NCBI GenBank assembly: GCA_963739455.1
Contig: CAVUAK010000001.1
Coordinates: 2,048,001 to 2,112,000 of the forward strand
DNA length: 64,000 nucleotides
From: an uncultured Gemmatimonadales bacterium
Lineage (GTDB): Bacteria; Gemmatimonadota; Gemmatimonadetes; Gemmatimonadales; GWC2-71-9
Direction: 5' to 3'
Shown here: positions 1 to 6,758 of the stretch, in pieces
Layout of the letters: each line of letters begins with the position of its first letter
Position numbering within the stretch: position 1 is the stretch's first letter
Program-made: the position numbers and the translations under genes
Notes under the pieces: model-generated
Databases searched by the model: none
Told to the model about the DNA's origin: nothing
What the model saw: only the letters and a program-made list of their open reading frames with translations

Positions 1-641
1 GGCACCCTCCTTAGCCCACCATCTCACCCACTGCCGGGCCCTCTTACATCCGCTCGGTCTTCACTGACATACGGTTAGCCCTGTGTGACCCGCTGATACC
101 CAATCAGCTATCAGGGTCAGGGGAACCCAACAGGATGCTCGTGGGGTCTGAGCCTGTCTGTGCGGGGCACCAGAAGGGCCTTTGAAGGGGCCTTCGGAGG
201 AGCCTTGGCGGGCTCAGTAGGCTCGATGCGCGCCTAGCTGGGGTTCTTGATAGGGAACCTGCTGAGGACCCCTTGCGGGAATCTTCAGGAAAACGGGCTG
301 AAATCCCCGAAAAACGGTCATTTTCTCGCGATTTCGGGCCGAAATAAGGCATTTTGGGGGTGTCGAAGGGCATTCGGAGGGGCGGTGTCTAGGGACCCCT
401 AGAAATGGATCAGAGCCCGGCTAGGAACCCACTGAAGTCACTGTCACGCGCTCAAGTGGGTCCTGTAGAGCCACTGTGCAGACACAGCGAGCGAGATGAG
501 TGCTTCTATTTCGAGCGAGGTTGACTCAGGACGAACGATCTCTGGCCTAGTTGAGCCGAGTGAGCGTTGAGGATAGATCGTGGCTCAGACTGGCGTAGGC
601 TGGCTAGTGGAAGAGGCATCAATCGGGGCAGGCATCTTGCT

Positions 642-911
642 ATGTCCGAAGGCATGAAAGTGATGAAGCGCCCGAAGAAGAGGCCGGTCCTCTACCACGG
701 AAAACCGTGTCACCGCTGCGGAGGCACCCGCCGGTTCAAGAGCAACCGAAGCTGCACAGTCTGCACGCGGAAGGCTGCGGCGGAAGATGCCAAGCTCTAC
801 CATGTCAGGAAGTTCAACCGCAGGGCGGCTTGGGTGCGGTCGCACAAGGAATTAATGGATCGTCTGGAAGCCCTCTCGAAGACCCTGCCCAGCTACGCGG
901 ATCTGGAGTAG
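642..911 (+). CDS. Small C4 Zn-finger protein (phage-type)
   Basis: YHGKPCHRCGGTRRFKSNRSCTVCTRKA, paralogous to the Zn finger of the HNH ORF at 3688; start uncertain (642/654/663). Confidence 0.7.
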   Translation: MSEGMKVMKRPKKRPVLYHGKPCHRCGGTRRFKSNRSCTVCTRKAAAEDAKLYHVRKFNRRAAWVRSHKELMDRLEALSKTLPSYADLE

Positions 912-1284
912 TAGCACCCTAGTGACTTCATGTAAGGAAATGCGAGTGCGAGTGTAGCATTTAAAGCATTTAATTGCTGCATGTTAGAACACATTGTGTT
1001 GCTCATTATCTGCACAAATGCTCCCTGTAGTGCATAAGGAACTCTCAAAAATCGTCCGATTTGTAACGAAGGGCGCGCCCCGAGGCGCCTTTTTCCCACC
1101 TCGACAGGGCCGGTAGTAGCCCCAGATCCTTGATGTAAGAAATTGCGAGGGCAATGATACAGCGCAAGATGTTTATTAGCTTAATCTTACGGTCAGTCTA
1201 TGTAGTGGAAAATCTGCACAAATGCCACCTGTTTTGCACAAGAGACCGCGAAAAGGTCCGACCGTAGTGCTATGGCGCTACCCG
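908..1284. repeat. Two degenerate ~204-bp-period direct repeats in an AT-rich non-coding region
   Basis: ATGTAAGgAAaTGCGAG 930-946 vs ATGTAAGaAAtTGCGAG 1133-1149; ATCTGCACAAATGC identical at 1008-1021 and 1212-1225; GTAGTAGC and GTCCGA blocks also colinear. Confidence 0.7.
1069..1094 (+). terminator. Possible intrinsic terminator
   Basis: GGGCGC/GCGCCT stem followed by T run. Confidence 0.35.
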
Positions 1285-1711
1285 CAGTCAGGAACTCTTG
1301 AGCCTTCGGTTCTCCTTTGGATGAATACCTCCGACCGTAGTGAGGAAGAGACGCGGTTTGATCTCAACGACTTACGGAAACGTGAAGGGCACGCCAAGGC
1401 ATTCCGCCTAAGCGTCTGTGCTGCGTTGGGGTTGCTGCACTCGTGGTGTCAGGAGTGTATAGCACGACTCATCTGTGCAACCATCCAGCGGCCTGAGAAA
1501 CCCGAAGGGAATCGCCCACCCAATCACAACGACTTAGCCAAGCTGGTTGATCCCTCGTCGGAAATTGCCCTAGCTCCAAGACGTGTCATGCTTTACGAAG
1601 CTCTGCCGGACAGTTTGTGAAGAATGAACAAATAGCTTAGGAACCTTCGGAGGCTCGCCGGGCCCTCCCTTTTATAACCGTTCCCACACTACCGGACTGC
1701 AAGAAGTTGCC

Positions 1712-1735
1712 GACTGGCTGACGCTATAGTGGGCT
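1712..1735 (+). promoter_or_regulatory. Possible T7/SP6-type phage RNAP promoter
   Basis: GCTGACGCTATAG (1717-1729) matches the SP6 core GGTGACACTATAG at 11/13; lies upstream of the + strand operon; single copy. Confidence 0.3.
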
Positions 1736-1871
1736 CTCTGGGTGGTGATAGGCTCCTTCTTCAGTAATCCCCTCAGATACCTCTGAAGGTTCTTGGAGGT
1801 AGTTGGTAGCTCCAGTTCCCCACCAAGTTCCTCAACCAATCCCCTGCAAAGGACCCTGCCATAGGCCCGCC

Positions 1872-3311
1872 ATGACTTCGCTTTTCCTCGACTACCGGTC
1901 CGCTCTCGTGGATCGGGTGCCCCACCTCAGCCTCGAACGCTTGACTGAGATTGGAGGGCAACGGGGACGCCTTCACGCTCAGGCTCGACAGGACGGATTG
2001 ATACGCCTCCTCCTGAGCAACTATGAAGGCACCCGACGAAGTTGGAACTCCGGTACCGACTACCGCGATTCCTGTTTCCCCAAGAAGACCCTTCAGAAGT
2101 ACCTCAAGACCTCCGGCAGTTCCCATCATCAGAAGTTCCTCACGCCACTCTTCGCATTTCATCAGGGGCAACGCGGGTACTCCGCCTCTGCTGGGATGGG
2201 TAAGAGCTATCGCATGCTTCCCCACATCCGCGCTGTGTTGGACGATCTCTACCAAGGCTTTGCTCCGGTTCGGCTGATCGGAAGAGATGGGGAGGAAGTC
2301 TTCCTCAAGGACCTCGCCGGGTTCCCCTTCACACCCACCTGCATGCTGCCCGGCTGCGTCCCGCTCGATGCCGTGGCGCTCCATCGGCGGATTGCGGAGG
2401 TGGAAAGCTGGCAGACAGACACCATTGGGCGACTTGCGAAGGCTGAGATCCTTCAGCGTCTCCGAGTCCTACGGAAGTGGGCTGTATCTGCGGGTGGAAT
2501 TCCGAACGGCTACAGCATGACCTCAACGGGACGAGCTGGTCCCTCAACAGAAGGAGGCCCTCACCTCATCGGCATGTCCCCCGAGGTGCGAACGCTGGTG
2601 TTTGCGGAGACGGATCTCGTGGACTTCGACTTGAAGGCGTCCTTCTGGACCTGTCTCCAGTCCGTGGCGGCACACCTCACGATCAAGACACCCGCTATCT
2701 CAGACTACATCAGCCACCGAGACCAGTTCTTCCTCCCCCGATGGGCGAAACTGCTCAACATGGACGCGGCGGTCTTCAAGCCCGTCGCTACCTCGTGGCT
2801 CCTCGGCGCGCAGATCTCACCCTTCGCAAAGGCCATCAGGGACCTCAACGGGAACCCCTTCACGATCTCCGCAACGCTCCGTAGCGATGACCTCACCGTG
2901 CGTCTACAGAAGCGGATCAGGGCGGAAGCGGCGAAGGTCTTGAACAAGTACGCGGCAGGGCTCCCGAAGGGGACCTCTGGAGGCGTCTTGAATGCAGTCG
3001 GAGCGGAGTTCTTGGGGGACGCTGAGGAAGAGGGTGGGCTCCACTGCCACCTACTCACCGGCTTGGAGCAGTTCGCCATGCGCTCCATAGTCTCGCACAT
3101 CCCCACCCCTACCGCCGTGATCTTCGATGGTGTCATAGCTCCAGCGTTCCCGGTGGAGCATCTCGAAGACGTTGTAAGGATTCAGTCAGAGAAAACCCTC
3201 GGGTTCCCCCTCCGAGTTCGTATCAAGGCATCTCCGTTTGCCGAGCAGTTCGAACGGATGCGCTCTACGCTTCGCTCCTCACTCCCAGCGCGTGAGACAG
3301 CAGCAGCATAG
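1872..3311 (+). CDS. Family-A-related polymerase (TV-Pol-like primase/polymerase domain) with N-terminal putative DNA-binding region
   Basis: Ordered motifs STGR; LVDFDLKAS (motif A-like); FKPVATSWLLG (motif B-like K...G); LTGLEQ; AVIFDGVI (motif C-like hDG). No 3'-5' exonuclease motifs seen. Confidence 0.65.
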   Translation: MTSLFLDYRSALVDRVPHLSLERLTEIGGQRGRLHAQARQDGLIRLLLSNYEGTRRSWNSGTDYRDSCFPKKTLQKYLKTSGSSHHQKFLTPLFAFHQGQRGYSASAGMGKSYRMLPHIRAVLDDLYQGFAPVRLIGRDGEEVFLKDLAGFPFTPTCMLPGCVPLDAVALHRRIAEVESWQTDTIGRLAKAEILQRLRVLRKWAVSAGGIPNGYSMTSTGRAGPSTEGGPHLIGMSPEVRTLVFAETDLVDFDLKASFWTCLQSVAAHLTIKTPAISDYISHRDQFFLPRWAKLLNMDAAVFKPVATSWLLGAQISPFAKAIRDLNGNPFTISATLRSDDLTVRLQKRIRAEAAKVLNKYAAGLPKGTSGGVLNAVGAEFLGDAEEEGGLHCHLLTGLEQFAMRSIVSHIPTPTAVIFDGVIAPAFPVEHLEDVVRIQSEKTLGFPLRVRIKASPFAEQFERMRSTLRSSLPARETAAA

Positions 3312-3385
3312 CTGGCCCACTACACCCGACGCGGACCTTACATCCGCAGCACTTCACCCCACATCATCAACCTCTCAATAGGACT

Positions 3386-3589
3386 ATGCCCACCACGAAC
3401 AGTCTCCAGACCCGCCGCCGTCCCGCCTCGAACGCTCGCTATGCCTCCATCGGCTTCATGCGTGAAGATCTCGAACGCTTCGAACGCCTCCGCAACATGC
3501 TGACTAGGCAGTGGAATACCAGTGTTCCCCCGAGCCGCTCCGAGGTGGTCACGCTCGCTCTCGAAGCCCTCGAAGAGAAGCTCAAGTAG
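3386..3589 (+). CDS. Ribbon-helix-helix DNA-binding protein
   Basis: 67 aa; strand YASIGF, helix REDLERFERLRNML, helix SRSEVVTLALEAL; AGGA upstream. Confidence 0.65.
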   Translation: MPTTNSLQTRRRPASNARYASIGFMREDLERFERLRNMLTRQWNTSVPPSRSEVVTLALEALEEKLK

Positions 3590-3687
3590 TTCACTCCGCA
3601 GTTTCCTCAAGCAGTACCCCACCCCGCTCCACCGTCGCCCCTCCTTGCCGCGCCCTGCGGCTTCATCGCGACAGAAAAACCGCAGTC

Positions 3688-4143
3688 ATGTCTACTACGA
3701 CCTCCAACGTCCGGCCTCTCACGGTCACCTACGAGGGCTGTCCCTGCCGCAACTGTGGCACGACGACGAAGTACCGCTCGAACCGCATGTGTGTCGTCTG
3801 CACGGCTCGTCGCAACAGGACCGAACCACTGCGCGCCGCAAAGTTGGAATGGACCGAAAACAATCCCGACCGCTACGCGGCACTCGCGGGCAAGCACAAC
3901 GCCTCGCGCCGGTATCCGGGCTGTGTCGCCCCTGACTTCGACCTTGAGGCTACGGTCCCATTCTACCAGCTAGCCCGAGAACTCACGCGCACGACGGGTC
4001 TTCGCTTCGAGTGTGACCACATCATCCCACTGTGCGAAGGCGCAATCCACGATTGGACCAACCTTCAGGTGCTTCGCGTTGACGAGCACCAGCGGAAGAC
4101 CGCGACAGAACACCCACGCTCACGCAAGGAAAGTGCAGCATGA
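3688..4143 (+). CDS. HNH endonuclease with N-terminal C4 Zn finger
   Basis: CPCRNC...SNRMCVVC and ECDHIIPL...HDWTNLQVL...H. Confidence 0.85.
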   Translation: MSTTTSNVRPLTVTYEGCPCRNCGTTTKYRSNRMCVVCTARRNRTEPLRAAKLEWTENNPDRYAALAGKHNASRRYPGCVAPDFDLEATVPFYQLARELTRTTGLRFECDHIIPLCEGAIHDWTNLQVLRVDEHQRKTATEHPRSRKESAA

Positions 4144-4268
4144 AGAACCCCAAGAAAACCCCACGCGGTACCCCACGAGCCTACTGGAGCCTTGACCGGA
4201 TTGTGGCGAAGGTCATGCACGGCTTCGTGGATCATGGCAAGTACGCCTACCTCGAAAACCCGAAATGA
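4140..4268 (+). CDS. 42-aa microprotein MKNPKKTPRGTPRAYWSLDRIVAKVMHGFVDHGKYAYLENPK
   Basis: ATGA overlap with HNH stop, AAGGA upstream, ATGA overlap with next ORF; below ORF-track cutoff. Confidence 0.55.
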   Translation: MKNPKKTPRGTPRAYWSLDRIVAKVMHGFVDHGKYAYLENPK

Positions 4269-4411
4269 ACTTCTCGCACCATGCAGACTACCCGCGTCCG
4301 ATCATCGGTAAGCGATGCGGGAAGTGTCGAGGCTGCTTCTGGGAGGTCACTACCACCGGACGGTCGTGCATTGTCTGCACCCGGAAAGCATCCCGTGCTA
4401 TCGAGCGATGA
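4265..4411 (+). CDS. 48-aa Zn-finger microprotein (…GKRCGKCRGCFWEVTTTGRSCIVCTRKASRAIER)
   Basis: ATGA-coupled; motif GKxCxxC…RSCxVCTRKA shared with ORF 642-911. Confidence 0.6.
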   Translation: MNFSHHADYPRPIIGKRCGKCRGCFWEVTTTGRSCIVCTRKASRAIER

Positions 4412-4592
4412 TGCTTCGATCTGTTGCCCACGCTGCAAGCGACTGGTTCGCTACATCGGGAGTAATGGCATGTGCGGCGCGTGCTGGCAAGCGACGGTAC
4501 CTGTAGAGGTCTCCGAGGAAGAGCATGACGCTATCCAACATGCAGCCGACCAAGAGGCTGCTCGACACAATGGAGTGAGACAGACCAAATGA
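4395..4592 (+). CDS. Small Zn-finger protein (CPRC…SNGMCGAC)
   Basis: C-terminal part of track ORF 4281-4592; GTG start with GGAAAG upstream; ATGA overlap with next ORF. Confidence 0.5.
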   Translation: MLSSDDASICCPRCKRLVRYIGSNGMCGACWQATVPVEVSEEEHDAIQHAADQEAARHNGVRQTK

Positions 4593-4768
4593 CCAAGATG
4601 TTCTTCAGTGGCTATAGCGAGAAAGAGCATACCTGCTCGCGCTGCGGAGTTCACGGCAGCTTCGGCCAACATGGGCTCTGCTTTAGGTGTTCACTCCCAT
4701 CATCCCCCCACAACATCAACGAGAATGACGACATCAGAACCCGATTCCGTAGGTATCGCTCCGACTAG
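4589..4768 (+). CDS. 59-aa Zn-finger microprotein (CSRC…GLCFRC)
   Basis: ATGA-coupled; MTKMFFSGYSEKEHTCSRCGVHGSFGQHGLCFRC…; below ORF-track cutoff. Confidence 0.5.
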   Translation: MTKMFFSGYSEKEHTCSRCGVHGSFGQHGLCFRCSLPSSPHNINENDDIRTRFRRYRSD

Positions 4769-4870
4769 GGGCGTACTGTCTGACAAGTCCCCTTCCGTAA
4801 CCCTCTCGGCGGCGCTTGTGCTCCTTCAGGCCGTCCGCATCGACACAAAGCTGTCGCATCTCTTCAAGCC

Positions 4871-5695
4871 ATGAACATCAGTGATCTCCTGAGAACGCCG
4901 TCGAAGCCGCGTACTCGCGGAGTCCGACAGTGCTCCATTCCGGGCTGCACCAACCTCGGGAAGCGAAACGTCTACTCTCCCCTCTGTGGTAAGCACATTC
5001 GGCGGAAGGAACTGAACGGGCACCCGGAGCAGGTAACTGCGAGGCTCAAGGATGCAAAGCCCTACATCGACACTGTGAAGAGGCTACTGCGAAGGCTCCC
5101 CCACGAGAACCGCATCAAGCTTGAGGGCGCGATGCATCGTAAGTGGCTCAATTACCGAGACTGGCTACATGACGTGGAGTCAGGGCTAGAGCCGAGCTAT
5201 GCCACCCGGCGCTGTGAGCGGGCCGCAACTGAGCTTCTCCGCGTCTTCGATAAGTGCGACCCTGTGACCGGCTTCACTCTTCTCGCCGCCGTCTTCCTTT
5301 GGGACGCAAGCGAGCCGGGGCGGTTTAAAGCGCCTTACGGGTTGGAGTACTCGCTAGTCAACCTGTTCACTCATCTCGGCCCAAAGCACTCGGCCCGCAC
5401 AGTCTGCCGTCGTAATGGCGTTGTCGAGACCCGGACCGAGTACCGAGTTGCTCCCAAGAGTGTGCGCCTTCACATGGCGGATTGGCTCACCGCGTTTGCG
5501 ACTCCCTTTGCGGCACGGATGCTTGCCCTGTCGCGCTCTGAGTCGGAGGTGAAGAGGCAAGAGCAGGAGCTTCTTCTCACGCTCTTCTCGCCCGTCAAAG
5601 CTGAACTGGACGCACGGAAAGCTCTTGTAGAGGAGCGCCTGCACATTGCCCGAGAGATCCGCGCTGAAGAATTGAGCCAGACCACAGCGGGTTGA
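4871..5695 (+). CDS. Hypothetical 274-aa protein with N-terminal C3H Zn-binding motif
   Basis: CSIPGC…SPLCGKH…NGHP; long clean ORF in operon direction. Confidence 0.75.
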   Translation: MNISDLLRTPSKPRTRGVRQCSIPGCTNLGKRNVYSPLCGKHIRRKELNGHPEQVTARLKDAKPYIDTVKRLLRRLPHENRIKLEGAMHRKWLNYRDWLHDVESGLEPSYATRRCERAATELLRVFDKCDPVTGFTLLAAVFLWDASEPGRFKAPYGLEYSLVNLFTHLGPKHSARTVCRRNGVVETRTEYRVAPKSVRLHMADWLTAFATPFAARMLALSRSESEVKRQEQELLLTLFSPVKAELDARKALVEERLHIAREIRAEELSQTTAG

Positions 5696-5912
5696 AGCGG
5701 CCCCCCGTGCAGGGGACAAGCCAATGCGACAACTCAGTGTGGGCAGGAGGAAGAGAGTCGAAGCCGCAACATGGCAACGCCCTGCGGGGACCCATGAGGC
5801 GCCAACCGAGGCTCTCCCCTCCGCTGGTTTTCATTGTTGTACCTCATCGAACCTCCGAATCACTCGGAGATCATTCATTCAACCGCCGCAGTACACAAAG
5901 GAATCAATTCCA

Positions 5913-6224
5913 ATGATCGACCACACCGAACGCCGCACCGCTATGTACGGGAATGCAACCACGCACTCCGTGGTTGAGATGATGCAGAATCCGCTTTATG
6001 AAACGAGCGCGACTTACCGCGCAGAGGTTGCTGCAAAGATCGCTGCCGAGGATGCGGCACAGTCCACCATGCCGGGAACTGAGATCGTACCAGAGGTGAC
6101 CGAAGGTCTGCGGCCCTTTGCCGATCAGTTCGAACTGAACGCGGCGATGCAGTCCGAGCGATACCGCCGGAGCCCCGAGTACCGGGCGAACGTGGCGGCA
6201 CGGCTCTCCATCTCCAACGTCTAA
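5913..6224 (+). CDS. Mini capsid-scaffold-like protein (two T7 gp9-type C-terminal motifs)
   Basis: C-terminus FADQFELNAAMQSERYRRSPEYRANVAARLSISNV resembles the T7 scaffold C-terminus (F.D..E…AM…RYR….YR..V…SN); second internal copy MMQNPLYETSATYRAEVAAKI; AAGGA RBS. Confidence 0.7.
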   Translation: MIDHTERRTAMYGNATTHSVVEMMQNPLYETSATYRAEVAAKIAAEDAAQSTMPGTEIVPEVTEGLRPFADQFELNAAMQSERYRRSPEYRANVAARLSISNV

Positions 6225-6492
6225 CCCAACGCCGGTAGGCAGAGAGGTGGTGAAGACTTATTCCTAACATCAGCAAGAGCGGGGCGGTCGTTCCAATGCC
6301 CCAGCCGGTAGATGCCACGCCGTACAAGCAGACCTCTGAGGTCCTTGGCGTCCGAAGCACCAAGTAGTCCCTCGCCTCCCGGAGCAATCCGGGGGGTTCG
6401 GTCCCATGCCTTCCTAGGCAGCGACCTGTTTGACGATTCGTTGATCCCCTCCACCCACTTTCCTCCATACACTTCCTCAACCGGACCTCACC

Positions 6493-6753
6493 ATGACCCC
6501 TCAACTGCATATCGCGCTCATCAGTCGCGATTGGGCCGTACGCAGCATGATGCTCCGACGGATTCCCGTTGAGGACCTCCGGGAGGGACTAGGAGCAGTG
6601 CTTCCAGATGAAATATTGTTCAGCCTACAAGACGAATTGCGGAGACGAGGAGAACGTTGGGAGGTTCCATTGACGCTCGCGGACGATCCGTCCGTTCCGG
6701 CGCACAAGGTACCGTATCCGCACCCTGAGCCAAACCGAGGCATTCGCCGATAG
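6493..6753 (+). CDS. Hypothetical protein
   Basis: 86-aa ORF with GGAC upstream, converging on next gene. Confidence 0.4.
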   Translation: MTPQLHIALISRDWAVRSMMLRRIPVEDLREGLGAVLPDEILFSLQDELRRRGERWEVPLTLADDPSVPAHKVPYPHPEPNRGIRR

Positions 6754-6758
6754 AACTG

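Noticed and set aside
104..560. Minus ORF 104-373 and GGAACC/CCTTCGGAGG-like short repeats as a CRISPR array or terminal repeat
   Set aside because: No regular repeat-spacer period and the ORF is low-information. It may be a packaging/end region, but I cannot support that.
1222..1620. 132-aa ORF in the element
   Set aside because: Starts inside a non-coding repeat copy, overlaps repeated DNA motifs and shows no recognisable protein features.
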